Assembly (NCBI GenBank): GCA_020184695.1
Contig: JAANOX010000254.1
Coordinates: 62,001-126,000, forward strand
DNA from: Histomonas meleagridis 2922-C6/04-290x
Lineage: Eukaryota > Protista > Parabasalia
DNA: 64,000 bases
Reading direction: 5' to 3'
Shown here: positions 20,732 to 32,452 of the stretch, piece after piece
Layout: every line of letters begins with the position of its first letter
Numbering within the stretch: the first letter of the stretch is position 1
Translations under genes and position numbers: made by a program
Notes under the pieces: generated by a model
Seen by the model: only the letters and a program-made list of their open reading frames with translations
Told to the model about the DNA's origin: nothing
Databases searched by the model: none

Positions 20732-23410
20732 TTACCAAAGTTCACTTTGTTCTTCCTTTTGTTTTATCATGAACGTGAATGATTTTCTTGCATTTCTATT
20801 GTTAAAAATCATGATATATAAATATCTGAAACCATAACTTTTGATAGTTGCATATCCTGAATCTGTATCATTCAAAGCTTTAATCAAAGTGAACTGGCTA
20901 AATGTGATTTCATTATTTTTATGGAACCATAAAGAAGTCTTTGAATATTTATTAAATTTTTCATCTTCGCAAAAACTTTCGATAAGATTTGTTTCAAAAT
21001 AGATCATATCAGGTTTCATTTTTTCTAAATCAATATAAAAATATGTAATTTCATATGGGTCTAGACATTTTGTATATCCGATAGTATCAAGTTCCTCCAT
21101 TTTATTTTGACAAAGATTTCCATTATACCCTTCATTACAGTTCAAGATTCCATTTAAACATTTTCCATTTTTTTCATGAATGCAAGTGTTAGTTTGATAA
21201 AACTTCAATACGATTGGATTTCTGTGTATATCATTATGGGGAAATGGGCCTGTTAAAACAACTGAACAAAGTGTATTATCGCATTTAGGATTACTAAAAA
21301 TATGAATTTCATAAATTCCAATTTTAACTTCATTATTATCTTTATAAAGAATAACTTTTTCATTAGTTGAACAATGTTCTTCTTGATCATTTTCAAGATG
21401 ATTACCATAGTAAATGTTTCCATACGGATCAACAACAACCAAATCTAAATCATCATGTATTGGCATTATATTCAATTCATCAGCATATGCATTTTCGAAA
21501 ATACTTAATTCTTTATAAAGAAATTTATCCATATATGACATTGTTACTTTAATATCAGCATTTTTATTTGTTACTTCGAAATATGCTATATAATGACTTT
21601 TTCCAGTAATTTTTAAATTATCACATATACGAATGCCAAATTGTGAATCTTCTTCTACAGGAAGAAGTGTTGATAAATCAACAGATCCATGACCAATTTC
21701 ATTATCTGGTGATTTAACACCTTTATGATTTACAGCTGATTCAATTATTGCTGCACGAAGAAGAACACCAGATGGAATTATTCTGTAGTCTTCGAAGTAT
21801 TTTTCCAGATGTAAAATATTGTCGAATAAGTGCTGCTGCACCTGCAACAGCTGATGCAGAAAGTGAAGCCCCAGTAGTTGCTTCAATGTTATGATATAAT
21901 GAATGAATAAGTTCATTTCCATGATTTTCATCTGCTCCATGTTGAGATGAAGCAACATGAATCCAACTTCCAAGTGTAACAACTTCTGGCTTTTTAACAC
22001 CAGTAAATGTTGGACCAGTTCCAGAAAAAGAAGCAGCTTTAATCTCATTAGTAATTTCGGTATTTAAAATAAGTTTTTGAATTATAATTCTTTGGTCAAT
22101 AAAATCTAATATTTTTTTATCATTACAAGCTATAAAGCAAAGCGAAGGGTTATCACTATAAAACTCATTTATAATTTCATTAAATAAATTTGGATTTAAA
22201 TTATAAAATATAATTATTTGAATATGTTCAGATAATACATTAACTATTTTTGTATTTAATTGATGTAAAACTTCACTATAATTTGATCTAATTAATCCAA
22301 TAATTGGTTTAGTATAATAAGGAAACGATACTTAATGAGTTAGATAAAAATATTGCATGATGATATTTGAACCTATCAACTTTTGAATCTTAATTCATGT
22401 GCATAAATTATATCACTAGTTTTATGATCTTTTTAATTTAATAGTGAATTTAACTTCTTTATAAAAAGTGATTCTTTGTTTTGAACCATCTGTAATAAGA
22501 TTATTATTTTCTCCAATTGTTTTTACTGAACTAGGTTCAGAATTCTTACCCTTCATTTCCAGCAGAAGAAATAAATAAAATGTAAGGTATCATAGGAATG
22601 ATTTCATGAAATCTTATTTTACACACAGTTTCACATTCGAAAAATGGGAATTCTGAATTTACAAAAACAATATTCGAATCAAACATTTCTAATATTTCGA
22701 TAAGTTTTGGGATATTATGGATAAATCCACTTGGCAAAAATGCAATTTTAGCATTAGGTGCAACTCCATTAAATACGTTAATTTCGGATTTTTTAAAGAA
22801 AGATTTTCCTGCTATAACAGATGAAGTTTTTGTTCCACTATTATCATTTCCATATCTTTTCATAAATCCTTCAGGAGTTTTTAAAGTAACACCCCTTATA
22901 TTTTTATATACAGTACTAATATATTTAAATTTTCGATGATTTTCAATGACTTCATTAAGTTTTGGCGTACGTCTATCATAAAATAATGTATGTAACCAAT
23001 CAATTCCTTTTTCAAGAACTGTTATTATTTGGTCGGAACCATCAATACCATGTTCTTCAAGATAACGTGGAATAAAGCATATATGATATCCCAACTTGCA
23101 TATTGGTTTTCGACTCCTGTTTTGTATATAACCTCCTAAAAATGTTCAGTTGAAGAGATGTTATTATGTATAAAGAAAATATCATAAATTACTAATGATC
23201 TGATTAAAGTTCTTTAATTTTCAATTCTATAAAAGTTAACAAGGAATTATGAATTGTTTGAGACTCAAATTTTGGTTTAAACAAAAAATCAATAATTTGT
23301 GAGAAATTATAAACGATTTGCCAATCGGTTCCTAAAATCAAAAACTTTCTCTTACTTTTTTGAAAATATTTACGAAAAATATTAAAGAATAACTCATTAA
23401 TTTGATTCAT
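20732..23410 (-). pseudogene. Frameshifted S8 subtilisin-like gene (degenerate catalytic triad) with an EGF-like segment
   Basis: Fragments ITVLEKGID, NGVAPNAKIAF, SAGNEG, KPEVV, GASLSASAVAGAAALIRQYF, PSGVLLRAAII in different frames; at least one shift at the A-run near 21800. 5' limit uncertain. Confidence 0.7.
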
Positions 23411-23802
23411 CTATTTCCTTAGAATTTATTAAAACGATTTAGACCAGGAATAATAAAATCAAAGCAAGGCATCATCCTTTAAATTATTGTTGATATTAAC
23501 ACTCTGATAAAATTGATATAGGAGAACAAATGGAAATCATGACTTAAGAATAACACAAAAGCCCATATCCATATCATATGATCATGTGCCATTATTAATC
23601 ATAATGATTTACAAAACCAAATGTAATCCCTACATTTAGCTATGAATGGTGCTGAAATTTCAATTGCAAGTTTTATAGACTTTAATATTTTATTAAAGCT
23701 ATAGCATTTTATTGATCGTTAATTTATTTTAATTTTTTTTAAATATATTTCATTAATATGCCAGTAAAAAATTATTGAAAGTTTCATCAACAAGCAAAAT
23801 AC

Positions 23803-24351
23803 ATGTCAGGGCACCCTAAAAAGCATCGCCGAGGGAAGCCCACTTTTGAATATCACACAAAAAGTTTCCCAGCTAATCATTTGTGAAGAATTAAATGGGT
23901 TCAGAATCTCAAACAAAAATAAAAACAGCAAAAAAAGTCATAGATCAGTTCGTCAATGTCGCGAAAGATGGAACAATCACTTAAAGAATTCAATACAGAA
24001 GAGGAAATGGAGTCATGAAGAAGATGAGTTATTGAAACTCAAATATTCTGAGCTTGGACCAAAATGGAAATTAATGGAACCATTTTTCCCAGGAAGAACA
24101 TCAATTAACATACGAAATAGATTCAGTTGTCTTCGTAGATTTAATGAAATATACAATCAAAATATCAACAATTATTATCAAACTCAACCGCAAGAAAGTC
24201 CTTCACCTATTTCCCCACCTCAAAGCATTTCCTCCTATTAAACAAAAATGATATAAAGAACAGCTTTGACGAAGAACAACCAGAATTTTTCAGAACAATT
24301 TGATGATAATTATTTCGATTGGAATTTTGGTCTGGAATTTTTATATGATTG
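23803..24351 (+). pseudogene. Myb-like DNA-binding gene, frameshifted at both ends
   Basis: RSVRQCRERWNNHL and KWSHEEDELL...GPKWKLMEPFFPGRTSINIRNRF in ORF 23846-24241; ATG 23803 and the acidic C-terminus lie in other frames. Confidence 0.65.
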
Positions 24352-25405
24352 TTAAATAAATTCAAGAAAATCTTCGAGCTTAATACCAACATTTGTCAAT
24401 TTTTAAAAACATTATTTTTGATAAAAATTATGAAAATAACAAAGATTTAATTTAGAAATGGATAATATAAAAGCGGAGAGAAATCAATTACTAAGTTGTC
24501 ATGAAATCACTTAGAATAACAATTTTTACTTGAATTTAAATCAAAAGAAATCATGAAAACAATATGATACACATTGAAGCAATAACAAAAAGTGAAATAT
24601 ATTCGTTTTATAGAATGAAATTGCTGAATTAATAAAGTAAGCATTGAGAATATTAATAAAAATTTGTTTCAAATCCATCTATTTTCATCATTTAAAATAA
24701 TTCATTATTAATTTCTTCAAATATTATCAATTGAAATTTATTCATTTGATTTCGATTGTGTTTTTATTCTTTCTTTTTTATTATGGAAAATCAAAATTTT
24801 TTGTTATTATAATTATTGCTGCTCCTCTGCAATTGATACCTATTATTTCTTTTTTTTTGATAATATATTACCTTTTTGAGGTTGATTATCTTAATGAATA
24901 CACAAATTTTTTATTCATAAAACTATAATTTGTAACTTAAATCACCACTAAACTCTGAATTGAAGTGAACTTCCTTCCGAAAATATTAAAGACATTTCAT
25001 GAAATAAATTCTACAATTTCTCCACATAGGTACAAAAATAACATGTTATCACAGCATTATTTCAATACTCATTTGAAATCATTTAAAAATAAGTCTTTAA
25101 AAAGACACATAATATATAGACGTATTGAAAAACTGTCTACCTTGATAAGAATAAAAGTTTAATGAATAAATATTCATTGTACAATATCACACAATGCCTT
25201 TTTAAAGAATCTATCGTTTAAAGGCCATCGTTTTTAAAAACTTCCGTTTTGAAGCAATTGCAAAAGTTAAAATCCTTTGCAAATACCTTCTATTGCAAGA
25301 ATCATTATATATATTTTTCCAAGCAGTTCTTCGAAGTTGTATGAAAGTAAACAGTTTTTTGTGATAAAAACATTACTATAAGATCATCAAAAATATTTTC
25401 ACTAT

Positions 25406-26062
25406 TTATTCGATATCACCATAACTTTCGCCATTTGGTGTGAAAAGATATGCTTCATTTTTTTGGTGGATTACAACGAACCAAGAAATACCAAGGAGTA
25501 CAATAAATAGTACTTGCACAACTACGAAAGCAATATTCATTGGATATGGCATAACATCGTCGATGAACTTATAATCTTCTTCAATGCCTGTACCGCCATA
25601 TTTCTCCATTAAAAACTTTGCATATTTGCTTGAGAACTCAAGATTTGAAGCTAAGTATGAAAGAAAATCTTTGTTCCATGCTTTCAGAGCAAATGAACCT
25701 TCATCAGTCATTTTTTCATCGCCTTCATCCCAATGCTTGGTTTCAAACATACCAGATATGTTGGTAATTAAGCAGCACGCTTCAAAAACAAGAAATATGT
25801 ATACAATTATCTTTCTTGCTTTTTCGAGACATGAGAATCGATAGAAGATAAATGCAATAATTCCGAGAATAAAGCAACCTGCAGAAAATCCTGTTGCCAA
25901 ACATGCAGTCGCTGTAAGAAGAGCGCAATTTCCTCCAGCTGGTGCAAAATAATGAACTGCAAGATTTGCCCACAAAAAAGAAGCAATACAATATCCAACT
26001 GTGTGGGTAATGAAAAATGCAGCTGTTACAGCACAAAGAACAGTCGTACCAATTTTACTCAA
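25406..26062 (-). CDS. Four-TM (tetraspanin-like topology) membrane protein, apparent TTG start
   Basis: Three N-terminal TMs, a loop and one C-terminal TM; no in-frame ATG before TM3. Confidence 0.7.
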   Translation of the reverse strand: MSKIGTTVLCAVTAAFFITHTVGYCIASFLWANLAVHYFAPAGGNCALLTATACLATGFSAGCFILGIIAFIFYRFSCLEKARKIIVYIFLVFEACCLITNISGMFETKHWDEGDEKMTDEGSFALKAWNKDFLSYLASNLEFSSKYAKFLMEKYGGTGIEEDYKFIDDVMPYPMNIAFVVVQVLFIVLLGISWFVVIHQKNEAYLFTPNGESYGDIE

Positions 26063-26399
26063 TTTTGGAAATGACACACAATTTGGTCAAACGATACAAC
26101 AACGTTATTTCAATACCAACAGAAATTTCTGAAATCAGACGGTTTGTGTCATTTAAGAAAAGTGTTAACATTTTCTCAGAAAATTCAGATTCCCAAATAT
26201 AATAACGACATTATATTCTATCAGAGGAAAAATTCCGGTTATTTATCGGCTTTTATTCAAAATTGACCATTAATGGTTGGCATTATCTTTTGGAATCTTA
26301 TCGTCATTAGCCCCCCTCGTTGTATATTTTTCTAATGGTTTCAATGTTTGAGGCTGTGCATTCAAAATAATCAATTGCGCCAATTTTTGCTGCTTCATT

Positions 26400-28110
26400 A
26401 ATGATATTTTCATTAATTTTCATTCCTTCTTTTTCTAAATATGTAAAAATTTAATGATTAAAAAATGAAACGCATTTTTCTCCTAATTTTTTTAATTTGT
26501 CAATATCTTCAATTTTATTTTCATAAAGATATTTAAAAATTTCATTTCGATGAAACTTAATTGCTGTTTCATCTGCATTTTGAAAAGATGAATGATTTTG
26601 TTCACATAAATGAATGATTTCTTCATTTCCGCCTGCAATAATTGATTTGATATATTAATGCATTCATTTTTAGCATCTGTAATATTTTTGTGAAACATTT
26701 TGTATAAACAAGTATATCTTTCCTTTTGAAGTATTACTTGGATAATATAATGAACCAATTCCTCCATCTGAATCATGTGCAAATGGTTGGAATGGTGTAA
26801 TATTTTTAGTTTCTTCAACAAATGATATAGTAATTCCTCCAAATATTTTACCATTGTTATGTGCTAATGAAGTTCTTTTATTGAGGACTTCTATTCGTTT
26901 GATTTTTAGATGATTTTCCTGTTTCATCACCTAATAATATTTTTCTTGCCGATATGTTCACCACCAACTTTAATTCAACACATTTATTACCTAACTCATA
27001 AAATTTAGCTGCTTCAAGTCATAAATGAACTTGATAATGAAGTGGATCTCCTTCAGCCCAAAATACAATTGAGCCACCATTTTACCATTACTGAATTAAT
27101 ACTTCATTAAATTGTCCAACTAAATTAGAATCTTCATGTGGATTGTTTTGATGAGGTAAGCCTGCATTATGTGGACCCAGAAACCAATATCTGCATAATA
27201 GTCACAATATTCATGTTTAGTTTGCTTTGTTAATTCAACAATTGCATCATATTATTTTATAACTATTTTAAGTTCAATGCCAAAATGATCTACAGCTGTT
27301 TTGATACATTCGGTATGACCTTCTTCACTTGATTTAAATATATAATCTGGATGAACTTCTGTGGACTCTTTCTCAGGATTTAATTCATTTGGCCATAACA
27401 TTACTATAAGTATTTTTTGACCTTTTCAGAAATCTTTCACATACATTTGAGTATCCTTTCCAGTTGGACTAACGAAACCAATATCTGCATTTCCTTCATC
27501 TTGTTATTCATTATAGAAAAATCAGAAAATGCTTTAAGTACAGGTGGTATTTCATGTAATTCATTTTTATGATCAGAAAATGTAGGTTTATCTTGATTTG
27601 AAATTATATCTTTAAATATTTCATAAATGTATCTGATTTAGGTATTGAATTTTGTATTAGTAGAACTTGACGAAGTTTTTCTATTAAATCTTCACCAAAA
27701 ATAGAAGCAAAATAAGAAGGATGTGGTGAATAAACTACTTGTGGGAATAAATTCGTGGTTCCTTTAGAATATATACCTATACCAATTGTATTAATACCAA
27801 TTTGATCACATGAATTAACTTGTTCAAGTATTCGTTTATGTTCATTTTCTTGATATAACCCATCAGCAATTACAAATAATCGAATAACCTGCCGATTTAA
27901 TTCTTCTAAGATCTAAAGATGCATGAATAGCTGAAGCTAAATCAACATTTCTTTTATTATTTTGTAAAAATGCAAATAATGATTCCCAAATTAGTGATTA
28001 TTACTTTATGCTCCAAATGTACTTACACCAGAACATAATATATTTGGTGAACCTTCAATAATTAAATCAAAACTTGGTAAATCAATTTGATTGGAGAATC
28101 TTATGTTTTC
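26400..28110 (-). pseudogene. Decayed vWA-domain gene fragment
   Basis: Fragments RLFVIADGLY (MIDAS T/D-type strand), GINTIGIGIY, ILIVMLW, RTSLAHN..GGITISF, PFAHDSDGGIGSLYYP, broken by many stops and shifts. Confidence 0.55.
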
Positions 28111-28733
28111 ACAAATTTTTAATTTGATTTTTTTTTTGAAAATGTTTCATGTCACATGTCTATAAATAAAACATGTGAAGTAATTTAACGTCTTTGTAAA
28201 AAAAAAAAAAAAATTAAAATTACATTATGGTTTTATGCTTCTTAACACTCATTTCTAAAATAATTTTACAATAAATAAACATTTTTAAATTTATTTTCAT
28301 TTTTATTTTATAGTATTAATTTTTCGTTTATATTGAACTCATTAATTTTCTTCATCATTTATATATTGATTCACATCTTGATTTATTACTTTCGCTTTAC
28401 TTTTTAAATTTGAATATGTTATTTTACAATTGGCACTTATTTTTTTATTGATTGATAATGAGTTACATGTTAATTAAGTGTAAGTGTGAAAGTTATAGTC
28501 TGTGATGTAAATAAGCCACATGTTCTTTGATATTTATACCTCATTATTCATCGTATTGAATGTATTAAATATATTTGATCATATCCATTTAATATCATTA
28601 TAAAAGTTTTAAAGTTATTTTTAAGACAATGTAATCCATTAATGTTATGTATCATCGAAATATTTTATTTCAAAAGACTCATATAATATTTATAATTATC
28701 ATTACAAAATGTACAAATATCTAATATTGAAAA

Positions 28734-30614
28734 TTATACTTGTTCAATAAATTTTTCTTCTTGAAAATCTTCGGCAAATGGATCTTCTTCAATATTTATG
28801 TTACTTATTCCAGTAGTAAATGTATTCGTCGTTTCGTTTTCATTTTGTTCTGATTTATCATTTTCATAAATTTCTTCTTTTTTATTTCGAATATGTTTCA
28901 ATAATATAATTAATAATATGATAATGACTATTACTATAACGATTACACAAACAGAAATGATGATAATTGTTGTTTTATTATCGTTATTTTGCTTATCATT
29001 ATTATCAGTGTAAAACATTGTAAAGAAATTGGAATAATAATTACAATAAGTCGAATAAATAACAATCGTATAATTGTAATAAATAAATTCTGTTTCAATA
29101 TATGAAAATGTCGAATTATTGATATATAATGAATATGTTTTCGTTTTTGTTTCATAAATAGTTAATGAATGTGTAATTGATAATGTAATTGTTAATGTGT
29201 ATGAAAATGATAATGAAATATCACTTTGAAGTGATGCAGTAAATGTATTCGAATTAGAAAATGTATTCGATTGACTAAATGAATATAATTCTGATAATGA
29301 TATTGAATCTGACTGTGCAATGGTATTTGATTGACCAAATGAATGTGTTGGAAGTGGTTCGCATGTTCCTTCTGTGTTGTCTTTATCAACATCTAAACTT
29401 CCAAATTTACTTCCTTTATATGTTGCATATGTGATAACACTTGCAAAAACATTATAAAATGCACCTTCACCAATTTCTGGTTCTGAATCTCCATAATAAT
29501 AAATACATTGAAGATTATAACAATTAACAAATGCCGAACCTCTAATTTCTCTTATTCCATATCCAAGTATTAATAAAGTTAAATTAGAACATAATGAAAA
29601 ATGCTGAATTTCCAATTGTTGTGACTGAATTTGGAATTGTAATGTTTTTTTGATTGATGAACATGATGAAAATGCTCCACCACCAATTTCTGTAACATTT
29701 TCTCCAATTATAATCGTAACTAAATTAGAACATGACATAAACACATAACCTCCAATATTTGTGACTGAGTTACCAAAATTAACTGAAACAACTGATGACC
29801 AATTTGAAAATGAATTACTTGGAATTGAATAAATATTTTCACTGATAATTATATATTTTGTGTTATTTTGATATTGATCAACATCAATAAATTCATTTGA
29901 ATTTGTGATTGTAAGTGTTGAAGTATTTTCATAAAATATTTGATAAGAGTTCATAAAGAATATAACGAAAACTAAAATATCAACAAAAATATTTTCAGTT
30001 TTTTTCTTATCTTTTATTTTCAATGTATATTTGGTCGTCAATATTTTCTGAACTGAAATTGTGTTATTCTGACAAAATTTGATATAAATAACCGAAAATG
30101 TAATTGAAAAAATGATGGTTAAATGAAGTAAAACATTCAAAATGTTTGGTCCTTCTTCGTTGTAGTTTCGCATCATCAAAAAATGTGAAAATTCACGTTT
30201 TATAGGATATACATCTTCATAAGATTTGTTATATGTTTTATCAAATATACCATTTTTGACAAATATATCAATTTCAAAGTATTTTTCCAAAATGTTTGAA
30301 AAATATGTTCTTGGAATTTTTTGTTTGTTATTAAAATTCTGATGTACAACTATTGTAGATTCATTATATGGTATCAAATTTAAAAATAATTTGTTTATCA
30401 AAACTTTATAATTATTGTGAAATCTTTTAAATTTTTTGTTCATAATTTCATTAATTAATACATCCCTATCACATTTGTAAGTCATACTTTTCTTGTTTTC
30501 GTGGTTTTGTATTTGTAATATTTCTTTTTGAATGATATAAAGTGTAATAAGCTTTGTATCGGTTATAAATCGTTTCATCATGATGGAAATGCTGAACAAA
30601 AGAAAGATTCTCAT
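28734..30614 (-). CDS. BspA-like (TpLRR) surface protein, copy A, with an N-terminal extension
   Basis: xFGNSVTNIGGYVFxxCxxL-type repeats, S/T stalk, TM and acidic tail EEDPFAEDF. The duplicated part begins near ATG 29954; the upstream about 220 codons are unrelated to copy B. Confidence 0.75.
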   Translation of the reverse strand: MRIFLLFSISIMMKRFITDTKLITLYIIQKEILQIQNHENKKSMTYKCDRDVLINEIMNKKFKRFHNNYKVLINKLFLNLIPYNESTIVVHQNFNNKQKIPRTYFSNILEKYFEIDIFVKNGIFDKTYNKSYEDVYPIKREFSHFLMMRNYNEEGPNILNVLLHLTIIFSITFSVIYIKFCQNNTISVQKILTTKYTLKIKDKKKTENIFVDILVFVIFFMNSYQIFYENTSTLTITNSNEFIDVDQYQNNTKYIIISENIYSIPSNSFSNWSSVVSVNFGNSVTNIGGYVFMSCSNLVTIIIGENVTEIGGGAFSSCSSIKKTLQFQIQSQQLEIQHFSLCSNLTLLILGYGIREIRGSAFVNCYNLQCIYYYGDSEPEIGEGAFYNVFASVITYATYKGSKFGSLDVDKDNTEGTCEPLPTHSFGQSNTIAQSDSISLSELYSFSQSNTFSNSNTFTASLQSDISLSFSYTLTITLSITHSLTIYETKTKTYSLYINNSTFSYIETEFIYYNYTIVIYSTYCNYYSNFFTMFYTDNNDKQNNDNKTTIIIISVCVIVIVIVIIILLIILLKHIRNKKEEIYENDKSEQNENETTNTFTTGISNINIEEDPFAEDFQEEKFIEQV

Positions 30615-31339
30615 TTTTCAGCTTGTAATATATCTATAGACCTTCACCAATTATACATCGGCTATCTCAAAAGTTTAAAATCTCACGGTTAAACGTTTAA
30701 AAGCCTGTTGTTTTATTGTCGTTTTTCAAACCAATTTTGAAAGATTTCTATCGATCTTTTTAAAACGACAATCAAAGAAACAGCTTTATAACATTATAAA
30801 TTCACTTTTAAATAACATAATGAATATATGTTGTAGAACGGAATTTATGCTTTAATTTGGTGTGCCGTTCATTTATCTAAGATGTTTCCATCATTATAAA
30901 ATTCATTTTTTTTTAACATCGGCAATTCTGTTATTTCTCGCTTTTAAAGTTTATTATTATATATATATTATAATAAACAAAATATATAGAGCTCTTTATG
31001 TCCAAAATCAATTACATTGTATCTTATATTTAAAAGATATTTTTTTATTCTGAGAATAATGAATTCAAGTAAAGTTCATTCCATTTCATTCAAAAGCTTA
31101 CATTTAATGTATTTACAATCATAATTCAAAATTATTGATTGATGTTCAACAATATATTTAAAGTCAGTGATACTATTTAAACATCATAAAATTCAAAATT
31201 TCATATTTATATAAACTAATTCAAAACATTTTACAGTCAAAATGATATTTCGTAATATGATTTCATTTTATTCTATATTACAACACATAATTTTTGTATA
31301 AAAATTAAATCAAAAAATGTTTTTTATTACACAGTTTAT

Positions 31340-32452
31340 TCATAGCCAATTGTCTTCATCTTCTTTCACAATATCTTCAACTAAGCTATTTACTTCTTCG
31401 ATTTGCTTTGTACTTGACGTTGTCGTGTCCTTAAATTGTAACTTTGATTTCGATTTTTCTTTCTTGTTATTACTTTTCACTAAAAATATAACAATTCCAA
31501 CAATGATCAAAACAAATGCAAATGATCCGCAAATAATTCCAATCAAAGCATTTGTCGTAATTCCATTTGGCGAATTTTCATCGGAAGTGTGAAACATTGT
31601 AAAGAAATTGGAATAATAATTACAATAAGTCGAATAAATAACAATCGTATAATTGTAATAAATAAATTCTGTTTCAATATATGAAAATGTCGAATTATTG
31701 ATATATAATGAATATGTTTTCGTTTTTGTTTCATAAATAGTTAATGAATGTGTAATTGATAATGTAATTGTTAATGTGTATGAAAATGATAATGAAATAT
31801 CACTTTGAAGTGATGCAGTAAATGTATTCGAATTAGAAAATGAATGTGTTGGAAGTGGTTCGCATGTTCCTTCTGTGTTGTCTTTATCAACATCTAAACT
31901 TCCAAATTTACTTCCTTTATATGTTGCATATGTGATAACACTTGTAAAAACATTATAAAATGCACCTTCACCAATTTCTGGTTCTGAATCTCCATAATAA
32001 TAAATACATTGAAGATTATAACAATTAACAAATGCCGAACCTCTAATTTCTCTTATTCCATATCCAAGTATTAATAAAGTTAAATTAGAACATAATGAAA
32101 ATGCTGAATTTCCAATTGTTGTGACTGAATTTGGAATTGTAATGTTTTTGATTGATGAACATGATGAAAATGCTCCACCACCAATTTCTGTAACATTTTC
32201 TCCAATTATAATCGTAACTAAATTAGAACATGACATAAACACATAACCTCCAATATTTGTGACTGAGTTACCAAAATTAACTGAAACAACTGATGACCAA
32301 TTTGAAAATGAATTACTTGGAATTGAATAAATATTTTCACTGATAATTATATATTTTGTGTTATTTTGATATTGATCAACATCAATAAATTCATTTGAAT
32401 TTGTGATTGTAAGTGTTGAAGTATTTTCATAAAATATTTGATAAGAATTCAT
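31340..32452 (-). CDS. BspA-like (TpLRR) surface protein, copy B
   Basis: About 4 TpLRR repeats (IPNSVTTIGNSAFSLCSNL), S/T stalk, TM, acidic tail ending DNWL. Confidence 0.85.
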   Translation of the reverse strand: MNSYQIFYENTSTLTITNSNEFIDVDQYQNNTKYIIISENIYSIPSNSFSNWSSVVSVNFGNSVTNIGGYVFMSCSNLVTIIIGENVTEIGGGAFSSCSSIKNITIPNSVTTIGNSAFSLCSNLTLLILGYGIREIRGSAFVNCYNLQCIYYYGDSEPEIGEGAFYNVFTSVITYATYKGSKFGSLDVDKDNTEGTCEPLPTHSFSNSNTFTASLQSDISLSFSYTLTITLSITHSLTIYETKTKTYSLYINNSTFSYIETEFIYYNYTIVIYSTYCNYYSNFFTMFHTSDENSPNGITTNALIGIICGSFAFVLIIVGIVIFLVKSNNKKEKSKSKLQFKDTTTSSTKQIEEVNSLVEDIVKEDEDNWL

